A stretch of 64,000 nucleotides of DNA, taken from an uncultured delta proteobacterium (GTDB lineage: Bacteria > Myxococcota_A > Polyangia > Fen-1088). The stretch covers positions 160,001 to 224,000 of the forward strand of contig CAVWIP010000010.1 in assembly GCA_963755125.1 (NCBI GenBank). Reading direction: 5' to 3'. Position 1 is the first letter of the stretch; every line of letters begins with the position of its first letter. The translations under genes and the position numbers were made by a program. Of this stretch, positions 34,876 through 45,004 are shown piece by piece. The notes below the pieces were generated by a model. That model did not search any database. It was not told the DNA's origin and saw nothing but the letters and a program-made list of their open reading frames with translations.

Positions 34876-36107
34876 TGCGTCCCTGCCTGGGCGGCGTAGT
34901 CGTCCAGCAGTTCCTCCATCCGTGCGAAGACCTGGGCCATGGTGTCCTCGTCGGGGAGAAGCGTGATGCGGAAGTGATCGCGGTAGGGCACGTTGAAGCT
35001 GGTGCCCGGGGCCACCAGCACGTGCTTGCGTTCCAGCAAGTCGAGCGCGAATTTCTGGTCGTCGAAACCCGGCAGCTTGCTGGCGTCCACCCGCACAAAG
35101 GCGTACATGGCCCCGCGGGGCGGGACCACCGACAGATACTTACTGCGCTGGCAACCGTCGAGAACCGCCGCGCGCGTCTGGAACAGACGGCCGCCCGGCC
35201 GCACCAGATCGCGGATCGACTGGTAGCCACCGAGAGCAGTCTGCACGGCCCACTGGCCCACAACATTGGAGCACAGCCGCAGCGACGCGATGGTGTCCAG
35301 GCCCGTCAGGTACTCGCGCGCGTGGTCCTTCTCGCCCGAGAAGGTCAGCCAGCCCACACGAAAGCCGCAGGCCCGGTACACCTTGGACAGGCCGGAGAAA
35401 GTCCCGCACAGGGTGTGTCTGGCCAGCGTCGCCACCGGCGTGTACTCGGCCCCGTCGTAGGTCATCTGGTCGTAGATCTCGTCTGAGAACACCACCAGGT
35501 CGTGCGACTCGGCGATATCGACCATCTTGGCCAGCACTTCGCGCGGATAGACCGCGCCGGTCGGGTTGTTGGGCGAGATGATGACCAGGGCGCGCGTGCG
35601 CGGTGTCACCAGGCGCGCAAGTTTGTCGAGGTCAGGCAGCCAGCTGTCCTCGGGCACGCACGGGTAGTGCACGGCGGCGCCGTCGGCCAGATGGGTGGCG
35701 GCCGTCCACAGGGGATAATCGGGGCTGGGCACCAACACCTCGTCCCCCTGGTTGAGCAAGGCGCGCAGCGAGAACAGGATCAGTTCACTCACCCCGTTGC
35801 CGATGAAGACATCCTCGGCGTTGGCGTCCATGATCCCGCGGCTTTGCTGCTGCATCACCACCGCCTCGCGGGCCGAGAAGATTCCCTTCTGGTGGCAATA
35901 GGGATCGGCGTCGCGCAGATTCTCGATCATCGCCAGGCGCATGGTTTCGGGCGCACGAAACCCGAAGGCGCCGGGATTGCCGATGTTCAGCTTGACGATC
36001 TCGTGTCCCGCCTTCTCCAGTTCGGCCGCCCGACGCGCCAGTGGACCGCGGATTTCGTAGCGGACGTTGGCAAGCTGGGAGCTGGCTTGAATTCTCTTGG
36101 GAGACAT
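34872..36107 (-). CDS. alaA: PLP-dependent aminotransferase class I/II, AlaA/AlaT-like alanine transaminase
   Basis: VRYEIRGP, KLNIGNPG, GNGVSELI, PDYPLWTA, NNPTG, DEIYD and GLSKVYRACGFRVGW. Confidence 0.85.
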   Translation of the reverse strand: MSPKRIQASSQLANVRYEIRGPLARRAAELEKAGHEIVKLNIGNPGAFGFRAPETMRLAMIENLRDADPYCHQKGIFSAREAVVMQQQSRGIMDANAEDVFIGNGVSELILFSLRALLNQGDEVLVPSPDYPLWTAATHLADGAAVHYPCVPEDSWLPDLDKLARLVTPRTRALVIISPNNPTGAVYPREVLAKMVDIAESHDLVVFSDEIYDQMTYDGAEYTPVATLARHTLCGTFSGLSKVYRACGFRVGWLTFSGEKDHAREYLTGLDTIASLRLCSNVVGQWAVQTALGGYQSIRDLVRPGGRLFQTRAAVLDGCQRSKYLSVVPPRGAMYAFVRVDASKLPGFDDQKFALDLLERKHVLVAPGTSFNVPYRDHFRITLLPDEDTMAQVFARMEELLDDYAAQAGTH

Positions 36108-36247
36108 CGTGACCTCGGACGAAATCTCCCAGAAACCGGCGGCGCGCGCCAGATCTTGTTCACAGTTGGCGCAGTGGCAATCGTGTCCGAACATGGTCCT
36201 GCCAATCCCTGGTTGTCCGAAACCGCAAGTCACGCTAACGTGCTGGC

Positions 36248-36949
36248 ATGTTCCGCCAAACAATGGTGTCTATTGTGGTTTCGGCGCTGGTGGCCCTGGG
36301 CGTTTCCTATGCCTCGATCCACGGCGATTTGTTCCGCCGTTCAGTCGACGTTCCCACGGTCGTCGGATCCAACGTCGATACAGCTCGCTCGGCACTCGAC
36401 CAGTCCGGGTTGATGTTGGTCGTCGCCGAGGATCGGGAGGACACGGCGGCGCCGCCAGGTCAGATCCTGGTCCAGCACCCGCTGCCTGGGTCCAAGCTGC
36501 ACACGGGCGAGCCGGTGAACGTGGTGGTTGCCCGCGCGCCTACCCTGGTCAAGGTGCCCAATGTGGTCGGCCAACTGGTGGGCGAAGCCCGCCTGCGCCT
36601 GGAAAAGGCTCGCCTCACCGTCAGCAACGTGGTCGAGGAGCCCCATCCCACCCTCGGTGTGGGCATGGTCATCACGCAAAGCATGGCCGAGGGCTCTGAA
36701 GTGCGATCCGGAACCGGACTGGAGCTGAAAGTGTCTAAGGGCGCCGAGACCGTCACCGTGCCGGCTGTGGTCGGCAAGGGGTTGTCCAAGGCCAAGGAAC
36801 TGCTGACCCAGGCCGGGTTGACGGTGGGACAGGTCCGCTATGGTTCCAACGACGATCGCAGCCCGGGCGTCGTACTCGAGCAGAAGCCCGCTGCCAACCA
36901 GACCCTGGGCAAAGGCCTGGCGGTGGATCTGGTCGTGAATAGCGACTGA
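36248..36949 (+). CDS. Membrane-anchored PASTA-domain protein (three PASTA repeats)
   Basis: N-terminal TM, then three VP.VVG...A...L...GL...PG.(I/V)L.Q.P repeats. Confidence 0.85.
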   Translation: MFRQTMVSIVVSALVALGVSYASIHGDLFRRSVDVPTVVGSNVDTARSALDQSGLMLVVAEDREDTAAPPGQILVQHPLPGSKLHTGEPVNVVVARAPTLVKVPNVVGQLVGEARLRLEKARLTVSNVVEEPHPTLGVGMVITQSMAEGSEVRSGTGLELKVSKGAETVTVPAVVGKGLSKAKELLTQAGLTVGQVRYGSNDDRSPGVVLEQKPAANQTLGKGLAVDLVVNSD

Positions 36950-36971
36950 GCCCGACCATCCAAGGTTCGCC

Positions 36972-37637
36972 ATGACTATCCGAAGTGTTCGCCCAGTATC
37001 CCTGGTTTTCGCCACACTCGGGCTTCTCCTGCTCGCCCCCGGCTCGGCCCTGGCCCAGTACCAGTACCCACCGCCCTATCCCACGTACGGGACGCCCGCC
37101 TATGGTCCGGCGGTCGACCGCTCGGGATTGTATCTGGGGATCGGCGCGTTCGGCGACGGCGTCATCAACCAGGCGAACTCCGCGGTGGATTTTCTCACCT
37201 CCGGGGCCGGCTACAATCTCATGCTTGGCTTCCGGCTAAGCCCGAACTTCGCGCTGGAATTCGGCCTTGGCCAGGGATTCCACAACGACGTGAGCGACGC
37301 ATGGGGTGATACGGTGGACTACCTGGTTCTCAGCCAGGTTACCGTCGATGCGAAACTGATCCTCCCGCTTCCGGGTGGGCAGATTCAGCCCTTCCTGCAG
37401 GGGGGCGTGGGCTTCTATGTTCTCGCCGACGCGTATGACTCGGAAATTGCATCAGGCGGTGGGTTCCAGCTGGGCGGCGGCCTCGATTTCTGGCTGAACC
37501 CCTGGTGGTCCGTCGGAGGCCGCCTGCTCTACCACGGCATCCAGTTCACCAGTTTCAACGAGCCGGAGGTCGGCAGGTCGAGTTCACCCTTCCTGAGTAC
37601 CGTGTCCCTCGAAGCCAACGCCCAGGTTCATTTCTGA
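36972..37637 (+). CDS. Outer-membrane beta-barrel (OmpA/OmpW-like) protein
   Basis: Signal peptide (ALA-Q), alternating beta-strands (GLYLGIG, QPFLQGGVGFY, GFQLGGGLDFWL) and C-terminal Phe. Confidence 0.8.
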   Translation: MTIRSVRPVSLVFATLGLLLLAPGSALAQYQYPPPYPTYGTPAYGPAVDRSGLYLGIGAFGDGVINQANSAVDFLTSGAGYNLMLGFRLSPNFALEFGLGQGFHNDVSDAWGDTVDYLVLSQVTVDAKLILPLPGGQIQPFLQGGVGFYVLADAYDSEIASGGGFQLGGGLDFWLNPWWSVGGRLLYHGIQFTSFNEPEVGRSSSPFLSTVSLEANAQVHF

Positions 37638-37647
37638 GCGGCCAGCC

Positions 37648-39057
37648 ATGGGATCCGCATCTCGAGGCCGTCGGCGAAACGCCAAGGCTCGTGCCGCCGG
37701 TGCCCAAGCCGGCGTCACGAGCGAGCAGGGTTCTGCGTCCCCTCCTGAGTCCGAGCGGCCGGAAGGCGTTGCCGTGGAGGCTGATCCTCCGAATTCCCGC
37801 ACGGATGAGAAGGACGCGCGTATCCGAGAGCTGGAAGCGCGCGTCGCCGAGCTGGAGAAAATCGGCGAAAAGGCGAGCGCCGAGGCAGCCGCCGCTGTCG
37901 ACCAACGCAAGCAGGGCGAAGAGGCACTGCGCGTGGCCAATCTCCATCTCGCCGAGGCCGATCTGCGCAAGCACGAGTTTCTGGCTGCGCTCTCGCACGA
38001 GCTGCGAAACTCGCTGGCTTCCATCAAGAACAGCCTGTACCTCCTGGGCCGCGCGCCCGTGGGAGGTGAGCAGGCGCAGCGAGCCCAGGCTGCCATCGAG
38101 AAACAGGTCGATCAGCTCGGCCGGCTGATCGACGACCTGCTCGACGTGACTCGCATCGCGCGAAACAAGATCAAGCTTCAGCGCCAGCGGCTGGAGCTCA
38201 ACGGGCTCGTGCGGCACACCATGGAGGGTCTGCGCGCGCGCTTCGACAAGGCCGAGGTGCATCTCGAATTCCATCCCGCCCCCAGACCGATCTTCGTCGA
38301 CGGCGACTGGAATCGCCTGGCGCAAGTCATCGGCAACCTTCTACAGAACGCGGCCAAGTTCACCGGCCCAGGGGGAGCGACCCTGGTCACGGTCCACGCC
38401 GAAAGAGAAGAGGGGCGAGCCGTGATCCAGGTCGTGGACAGCGGCGTCGGTATGGCCCAAGAAACAGTCGCTTGCCTGTTCCAGCCCTTCGGTCAGGCTG
38501 ACGCCAGCTTGGACCGCAGCAAGGGCGGGCTGGGGCTCGGGCTGGCACTGGCGAAAGGGCTGGTCGATCTGCACGAGGGGCAGGTTGCGGCCCAGAGCGC
38601 GGGGCTCGAACAGGGGGCGGAATTCACCGTCCAGCTTCCGCTGGCGATGGAGGAAGCCGCCGAGCCGCCAGTTGGCAGCGAGGCCGCCCGCGGAAGACCC
38701 CGGCGGGTGCTGGTCATCGAGGACAATAGCGACGCGGCCGACAGCCTGCGCGAGGTGCTCATGCTCGGTAACCACGAGGTCGCGGTAGCGCATGACGGCC
38801 CGGAAAGCATTGCCCAGGCCCGCGAGTTCCGGCCCGAGATCGTGCTGTGCGACCTCGGCTTGCCTGGGATGGACGGATACGAAATCGCACGCGCGTTGCG
38901 GGCAGACGAATCATCGAAGGATGTCTTCCTGGTGGCGCTTAGCGGCCACACGCTTCCAGAAGATCTGCAGCGCGCCTCCGAGGCCGGCTTCCAGCGACAC
39001 CTGGCCAAGCCGCCCAGCCCGGAGAAGTTGGAGGAACTCCTCGCCGAGATTCCGTGA
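37648..39057 (+). CDS. Hybrid histidine kinase/response regulator (cytoplasmic)
   Basis: H-box SHELRNSL, NLLQNAAKF, DSGVG and GGLGLGL. Receiver VIEDN..CDLGLPGMDGY..KP. Confidence 0.9.
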   Translation: MGSASRGRRRNAKARAAGAQAGVTSEQGSASPPESERPEGVAVEADPPNSRTDEKDARIRELEARVAELEKIGEKASAEAAAAVDQRKQGEEALRVANLHLAEADLRKHEFLAALSHELRNSLASIKNSLYLLGRAPVGGEQAQRAQAAIEKQVDQLGRLIDDLLDVTRIARNKIKLQRQRLELNGLVRHTMEGLRARFDKAEVHLEFHPAPRPIFVDGDWNRLAQVIGNLLQNAAKFTGPGGATLVTVHAEREEGRAVIQVVDSGVGMAQETVACLFQPFGQADASLDRSKGGLGLGLALAKGLVDLHEGQVAAQSAGLEQGAEFTVQLPLAMEEAAEPPVGSEAARGRPRRVLVIEDNSDAADSLREVLMLGNHEVAVAHDGPESIAQAREFRPEIVLCDLGLPGMDGYEIARALRADESSKDVFLVALSGHTLPEDLQRASEAGFQRHLAKPPSPEKLEELLAEIP

Positions 39058-39081
39058 TGCCGGCTGGCCTTGACCCTGCGA

Positions 39082-40545
39082 CTATTGACAGACGAGAGGA
39101 ACCGCGGGTATCGGCGTGATGAACGTCGGATCGTGCGCCGCCGTGTCCGCAGTCAACGTGCCAGGGTGTGCGGTGTGCCCGGCGGTAGTCACGGAGTCGG
39201 CCGCACTGGTCGCACCGGACGCATCGTCGAACTTCCAGTATCCGACCAGGCCCGCCTCGTTACCCACCAGCGGCTTGTTGTAGTTGGCTAGGATGTCAGC
39301 AGCGCTGCGGGCAACATTCCATACGCGAAACTCGGAAAAGTCGCCATTGAAGCAATTCTTGTTGGTCGGGTTACAACCGATGTACAGGATCGACTGCGCG
39401 GTGGCGAGCGCCGTCACGCCGCCAGTTGCGCTGATCGTGATCTTGGGGAGGCCGTTGACATAGGTTACCAGGACCGTCTGATCCCAGGTCATCGCGATAT
39501 GCACCCACTGGTCGGTTGACGAGTTGATGCCGAGGTCAACCGTGCTGTCAGAGGTAAAACCACCGTTGGTGAACGGGTTCAGGGTGGCGTGATTGGTCGG
39601 ACTCCCTGTCACCGGGTTGGTGCCGAAGTCGAGGCCGAATGCCATCGCCGTGCCTGCACTGCCATAGTAATAGAGCTCGTTGTGCTCGCCGACCCAGTCC
39701 GTGGTCTTGATGTAAGCCCAGAACTCGACGGTGCGCGGTGAGTTGCCGATTGGCAGATCAGTCTTCATGTCCACTTCGACATGCGCGTAGGCCGTGTCGG
39801 GGGCCGAGCCGGTTGCGTTGGAACTCAGCGAAAGCACGCGCGGCGCGCAGGCCGTCGTGCCGGTGGATCCGCCGCTGCTTCCGCCAGCGCTGCTGGCTCC
39901 ACCTTGGCTACTGGTGCCTCCCGCCGCGCCAGCGCTTCCGCCCGCGCCACCCGTGGATGAACCTCCGGTTCTGGAACCACCTGCGCCGGCTCCGCCACCA
40001 GCGGAGCCGCCCGTCTTGGTGGCGCCGCCGCTGAACGAGCCACCGGTTGCACTTGCCCCGCCGCTGGCCGAGCCGCCCGCTACACTCGCGCCACCGCTGG
40101 CCGAGCCACCTGTCGCGCTGGCGCCACCGCTGGCAGAACCGCCGGTTGCACTCGTCCCGCCGCTGGCGGAGCCGCCCCCTACACTAGCGCCGCCGCTGGC
40201 CGAGCCACCTGTCGTGCTGGCGCCGCCACTGGCAGAACCACCCGTCGCGCTCGCCCCGCCACTGGCCGAGGCGCTGGTCGCGCTGGCCCCACCCCCTCCT
40301 GTCCCGCCTTGCGTCGCGCCGCCAGTCGAAGGGGTGCTGCTGGCACCCGCCATGCCGCTGCCACCGCTTCCGCCCCTAGCGGGCTGGGTTGTGCCACCGG
40401 ACGGACTCGCGTCACGAGGAGTCTGGCTGTTACTCGCTGAACTGCAGCCAACACCGATTCCCGCCGCACACAACAGCACAAAAGCGGCCGTGAAGTGAAC
40501 CCGCAATTGCGATCTTCCAATCCATCCAGTTTGCATTGCATGCAC
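39082..40545 (-). CDS. Lipoprotein with Gly/Ser repeat stalk and LamG/concanavalin-like jelly-roll domain
   Basis: Lipobox IGVGC, RTVEFW, WVHIAMTWD..YVNG, FNGDFSEFRVWNVARS and GLVGYWKFDD. Confidence 0.82.
   Translation of the reverse strand: MHAMQTGWIGRSQLRVHFTAAFVLLCAAGIGVGCSSASNSQTPRDASPSGGTTQPARGGSGGSGMAGASSTPSTGGATQGGTGGGGASATSASASGGASATGGSASGGASTTGGSASGGASVGGGSASGGTSATGGSASGGASATGGSASGGASVAGGSASGGASATGGSFSGGATKTGGSAGGGAGAGGSRTGGSSTGGAGGSAGAAGGTSSQGGASSAGGSSGGSTGTTACAPRVLSLSSNATGSAPDTAYAHVEVDMKTDLPIGNSPRTVEFWAYIKTTDWVGEHNELYYYGSAGTAMAFGLDFGTNPVTGSPTNHATLNPFTNGGFTSDSTVDLGINSSTDQWVHIAMTWDQTVLVTYVNGLPKITISATGGVTALATAQSILYIGCNPTNKNCFNGDFSEFRVWNVARSAADILANYNKPLVGNEAGLVGYWKFDDASGATSAADSVTTAGHTAHPGTLTADTAAHDPTFITPIPAVPLVCQ
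40028..40290 (-). repeat. 33-bp tandem repeat (about 7-8 units) encoding GGSASGGAS(A/T/V)x
   Basis: ccgctggc(c/a/g)ga(g/a)cc recurs at about 40061, 40094, 40127, 40160, 40193, 40226 and 40259. Confidence 0.85.
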
Positions 40546-40839
40546 CCTTCGCGAAAAAGTGGTCTAGCTATGGTCGCCGGAGGATCGCGCAGTTCTCCGT
40601 CAAAGACAAGGCTGGTTCGCTCACCGTCGTCCCGTAACAAGTGGAGCGAAGTAGCGGATCGTCTCGGAAAGGACAGGTCCATTCCATCACCAAGCCGCGC
40701 ACCCAGTCGGAGCCGTCGGCGGCGGCGGCCGCGCTTCTGCTCGTCTTCGTGGCCACGTGCTCGACCTTCCGCGGCTATCGCGAGATTAGAGTCAGGTTCT
40801 TCCGTTGACCGGTGCGGCGCCAGCAGCTACGCTGCCATC

Positions 40840-41673
40840 ATGTTTAGCGACGACGTGAAATGGATTCCCAGACCGCAGGACGTGGTGTTGATGAACACGG
40901 AGCAATTGCGGGACACGTTTTTGATTGCGGACCTCTTTGGCGCCGGCCAGTTGCGTGGGGTGTTCACCGGGCTTGACCGCATGGTGGTGGGCGGGGCCAT
41001 GCCGCTTGAGCCCATGGAACTGCCGAACCACGAAAAGACCGGGCGCGCTTTCTTTCTGGAACGGCGCGAACTCGGCGCCATCAACATCGGCGGACCGGGT
41101 TTGGTCCACGTTGACGGCAAGTCCTTCTCGCTGGGGCGGCTGGATTGCGTGTATGTGCCGATGGGCACGCGCTCGCTGGTCTTCGAGAGCGCGAACCCGA
41201 AGGAACCGGCGCAGTTCTACTTTCTAAGCTGCCCCGCGCACGCGGTCCATCCCGCGTCGACCATGAAGAAGAAGGACGCATGGGCGGCGACGCTGGGCAC
41301 CCAGGCGAACGCGAACCAGCGGACGCTTCATAGATACATCCACGAGGGCGGCATTGCTAGCTGCCAACTCGTCATGGGTTTCACCGAACTGGCGGAAGGC
41401 AGCGTCTGGAATTCGTTCCCGCCGCACACCCACGATCGCCGCGCAGAAGTCTATTTCTACTTCGATCTGGGTGAGAACATTCTGGTGCACTTGATGGGCT
41501 CGCCCACGGAGACTCGGCACCTTTTCTTGCGCAACCAGCAGGTGGTGCTGTCGCCCCCCTGGTCCATCCACTGTGGCTGCGGTTCCTCCAACTACCGCTT
41601 CATCTGGGGCATGGCCGGCGAGAATCAAAAATTCGACGACATGGACGGCGTGGGGCCAACCGACTTGCGCTAG
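40840..41673 (+). CDS. kduI: 5-dehydro-4-deoxy-D-glucuronate isomerase
   Basis: DRMVVGGA, FLERRELGAINIGG, CQLVMGFTEL..GSVWNSFPPHTHDRR.EVYFYF, SPPWSIH and WGMAGENQ. Confidence 0.93.
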   Translation: MFSDDVKWIPRPQDVVLMNTEQLRDTFLIADLFGAGQLRGVFTGLDRMVVGGAMPLEPMELPNHEKTGRAFFLERRELGAINIGGPGLVHVDGKSFSLGRLDCVYVPMGTRSLVFESANPKEPAQFYFLSCPAHAVHPASTMKKKDAWAATLGTQANANQRTLHRYIHEGGIASCQLVMGFTELAEGSVWNSFPPHTHDRRAEVYFYFDLGENILVHLMGSPTETRHLFLRNQQVVLSPPWSIHCGCGSSNYRFIWGMAGENQKFDDMDGVGPTDLR

Positions 41674-41712
41674 ATGGAAAGGGCTTTCCCTGCCGAGCCG
41701 CAACCCCTCGGC

Positions 41713-43284
41713 TCACAGGTTCTCGATCTTCTTGAACCGCGGAACCAGCAGCTTCATCACCGACCAGGCGAGGATGTAGGCGACGGCGCAAATCCCGAAC
41801 ATGATCGAATAGGAGATCTTCGCCTCGGATAGCACCAGCGGCGTCTGCAATTGCTTGAGCCTAGCGAACGCATCGGCGTTGATGGCCTGCAATTGGGTGA
41901 CGACCTCCTTGGGGAGGCTTCCCAACTCGACCTTGTTGAGATCGATCGGGCTGCCGTGCTTGTTCAACAGGTTGAGGGAGCGGATCTGGTCGAGGTACGC
42001 GCCCAGGTTGCCGGTCTGGGCCTGCACCCAGGTCTTGGCAATGCCGGCCTGCCGATAGGCATCGAAGAGCCAGCCGGCCGACTTGCTCACCACGATGCCG
42101 CCCAAGCCGCCGAACATCCCGCCAATGCCGGTGACGGAAGCCACCGCCTTCTTCGGGAACATGTCCGAAACCGTGGTGAACAGGTTGGCTGACCAGGCCT
42201 GGTGCGCGGAAGCGCCGATGCCGATGAGCAGGACCGGAACCCAGTAACTAGTGCCGCCCAGGGGCTGGGCCAGCAGCACCGCGAGCGGGAACAAAGCGAT
42301 CAGAATCATCGCCCGCATGCGCCCCGCGTACGGCTCATAGCCTCGGTTGATGAAGAACATCGGGAACCAGCCGCCGCTTATGCTTCCGACGCAGGTCATG
42401 GTGTAGAGCACGGCGATGGGTGCGGAAATCTGCGTTCCCGTCATCCCGTATTGCGCCTTGAGATAGGCGGGCAGCCAGAAGAGGAAGAACCACCAGATGC
42501 CATCGGTCATGAACTTGCCGAAGGCAAAGGACCAGGTCTGGCGATAGGTCAGCAGCTTGCCCCATTGCACATACCAAGGGGTCTTGGGTCCGTCCGAGGC
42601 GGCCGCCTTTGCCTCGGTCGCTTTCGCCTCGGCGGCCTGCTCGTCCGCGTCGCTGTGAATGTAGTCGAACTCCGCCTTGCCCAGCCGCTTCTGCTTGGCC
42701 GGCGCGGCATAGAGCCAGAACCAGAAGACCAGCCACAGAAATCCGAACCCGCCCACGATGACGAACGCACCTTGCCAACCAATGTGTTTCGCCAGCCAGG
42801 GCACCGTGAGGGGCGCCAGGATCGCGCCGACGTTGGCGCCGGAGTTGAAGATCCCCGTCGCCAGCGCACGTTCGCGCTTGGGGAACCATTCGGCGGTGGT
42901 CTTGATCGCCGCGGGAAAGTTCCCCGACTCACCAAAACCGAGCACGGCCCGGGCGACCATGAACCCGCCGGTTCCCTTGGCAAGCGCGTGCAGGACCGCG
43001 CCGACCGACCAAACAATCAGCGCCCAGGCATACCCGGCCTTGGTGCCCAGCCAGTCGATGATACGACCGGCGAACAACATGGAAATCGCATACACCAACT
43101 GGAACACCATCAAGATGTTCGCGTAGTCCGTGTCGCTCCAGTTGAATTCGACCTCCAAGGCGGGTTTCAACAGGCTCAAAACCTGGCGGTCCAGATAGTT
43201 TACCGTCGTGGCGAAAAAGAGCAGGGCACAGATGGTCCATCTGTACTTCCCGAGCTTTTCGTTGATTTGCCTGAGGTTTTTCAT
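41713..43284 (-). CDS. exuT: MFS hexuronate transporter (ExuT-like, ACS family)
   Basis: RWTICALLFFATTVNYLDRQ, GESGNFPAAIK..AEWFPKRERALATGIFNSG, DGIWWFFLFWLP and AHQAWSANLFT. Confidence 0.85.
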   Translation of the reverse strand: MKNLRQINEKLGKYRWTICALLFFATTVNYLDRQVLSLLKPALEVEFNWSDTDYANILMVFQLVYAISMLFAGRIIDWLGTKAGYAWALIVWSVGAVLHALAKGTGGFMVARAVLGFGESGNFPAAIKTTAEWFPKRERALATGIFNSGANVGAILAPLTVPWLAKHIGWQGAFVIVGGFGFLWLVFWFWLYAAPAKQKRLGKAEFDYIHSDADEQAAEAKATEAKAAASDGPKTPWYVQWGKLLTYRQTWSFAFGKFMTDGIWWFFLFWLPAYLKAQYGMTGTQISAPIAVLYTMTCVGSISGGWFPMFFINRGYEPYAGRMRAMILIALFPLAVLLAQPLGGTSYWVPVLLIGIGASAHQAWSANLFTTVSDMFPKKAVASVTGIGGMFGGLGGIVVSKSAGWLFDAYRQAGIAKTWVQAQTGNLGAYLDQIRSLNLLNKHGSPIDLNKVELGSLPKEVVTQLQAINADAFARLKQLQTPLVLSEAKISYSIMFGICAVAYILAWSVMKLLVPRFKKIENL

Positions 43285-43450
43285 GGGCATTGACCGGGGG
43301 TTGAAGGAGGAGGCCGACGGCAACGGCTACGGAAGAATCCCGAGAGAGACGTTCTATGGGAGCAAGGGCTCAATTCGCCGCAAATTGGGCGAACCAGGTG
43401 ACGATATCACCGACCTTCGTCGACAGACCAAGCAAAATGAATGGGGCTGT

Positions 43451-43960
43451 TCAGCGTCCGTTCCGGTTTTCTGTCGCTCGTTTTGCGACCGCCTGGCAAC
43501 CGGGGCCACGCAGTCTGCGCTGCTGCCACAGATCCCAGAGCAGATAGGCGACCATCGCGACGTTGAAGATCAGCAGCACCAGCCGCGTGGCCGTGGCCTT
43601 GCGTGCGGCCTCGTAGATCTCCACCGGGATGTAGATCCCCCCGCTGAGCGCACCCAGCCATTCGGCCCAACGCCGGGCCCTCCACAGACCCACGGCCTCG
43701 AGCAAACGCAGCCCCGAATAGGCGGCGGCGCCACCGGCCAAAGCCCACAGACGAGCATCATCGACTTTCGACGCGACGGCGAGAAAGACTCTCGGGAAGT
43801 GCGCTGCCGGATTGAGATGCAGGTGCTTCACGATGTGCTCGGCAATCTGCTGCACATCGTGATGAATGAGCCGCAGCAAACCCAGGCCCACCGCCAGCAC
43901 GAGGATGCCCTTGGCCGCCTCGTACACCGCCACCGCGCGCAGCCCACTTCGACGTTGCAT
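43451..43960 (-). CDS. DUF2127-family membrane protein
   Basis: LRAVAVYEAAKG, LHLNPA, EAVGLWRARRWAEW and YIPVEIYE. Confidence 0.82.
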   Translation of the reverse strand: MQRRSGLRAVAVYEAAKGILVLAVGLGLLRLIHHDVQQIAEHIVKHLHLNPAAHFPRVFLAVASKVDDARLWALAGGAAAYSGLRLLEAVGLWRARRWAEWLGALSGGIYIPVEIYEAARKATATRLVLLIFNVAMVAYLLWDLWQQRRLRGPGCQAVAKRATENRNGR

Positions 43961-44011
43961 GGCCTGGTGTCCTAGTGGCGCAATCCGAGTGCCGTGCCCG
44001 GCAGGTGACGA

Positions 44012-45004
44012 CTAGTCGAGCAGGATCCCATCTATCGCTTCCAGCTCGTCGGTGGAGAAGGCCAGATTGCGAAGCGCTGCCACGCCACCGTCGATTTGAG
44101 CGACGCAGCTTGCGCCAATGAGCGCTGACGTGACCGCCGGATGGCGGAGTACCCAGGCAATCGCCATCTGGGCCAGAGTCTGCCCACGTCCCTGCGCCAG
44201 CGCGGCCAGTCGCTTCACCTTGGCGAGCCGGTCGGGGGTGATGTCCCCGACCTTGAGGAAGCCGTGGGCCTTCGAGGCCCGCGACCCTTCCGGCACGCCC
44301 ACGAGATATCGGTCGCTCAGCAGGCCCTGGGCCAGCGGCGAGAAAACAATGCAACCCATGCCCTCGGCTGCCAATGCCTCGAGTAGGCCATCCTCGATCC
44401 AGCGGTAGAACATGCTGTACTTGGGCTGGTGGATCAAGCAAGGCGTGCCCAGCGCGCGCAGGATCTGCGCGGCCTTGCGCGTATCATCGGGTCCATAGGA
44501 AGAGATGCCGGCGTACAGGGCGCGGCCGCTGCGCACGATGAAGTCGAGGGCGCCCATGCTCTCCTCGACGGGCGTTTCCGGATCCGGGCGGTGGTGATAG
44601 AAGATGTCCACGTATTCGAGACCCATGCGCGCAAGACTCTGGTCGAGGCTGGCCACCAGATACTTGCGGCTGCCCCAGTTGCCATAAGGCCCGGGCCACA
44701 TGTCCCAGCCTGCCTTGCTGGAGATGATCAGTTCGTCGCGATGGGGCCGCAGATCCTTGCGCAAGATATTTCCGAAGGTTTCTTCCGCGCTGCCGGGAGG
44801 CGGTCCGTAGTTGTTGGCCAGATCGAAGTGGGTGATGCCCAGATCGAAGGCGCGGCGAACCATGGCGCGGCTGTTCTCGAACACATCCACGCCGCCGAAG
44901 TTGTGCCAGAGGCCGAGGGACACAGCCGGCAACCGGATGCCGCTCTTGCCACTGCGCCGGTAGACCATGCTGTCATAGCGGGTGCTGGACGCTTGGGTGT
45001 TCAC
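44012..45004 (-). CDS. gpr: Aldo/keto reductase, L-glyceraldehyde 3-phosphate reductase (YghZ/Gpr-like)
   Basis: SLGLWHNFG, GITHFDLANNYGPPPGSAE, WPGPYGNWGSRKYL, YVDIFYHHRPDPETP and FSPLAQGLL. Confidence 0.9.
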   Translation of the reverse strand: MNTQASSTRYDSMVYRRSGKSGIRLPAVSLGLWHNFGGVDVFENSRAMVRRAFDLGITHFDLANNYGPPPGSAEETFGNILRKDLRPHRDELIISSKAGWDMWPGPYGNWGSRKYLVASLDQSLARMGLEYVDIFYHHRPDPETPVEESMGALDFIVRSGRALYAGISSYGPDDTRKAAQILRALGTPCLIHQPKYSMFYRWIEDGLLEALAAEGMGCIVFSPLAQGLLSDRYLVGVPEGSRASKAHGFLKVGDITPDRLAKVKRLAALAQGRGQTLAQMAIAWVLRHPAVTSALIGASCVAQIDGGVAALRNLAFSTDELEAIDGILLD

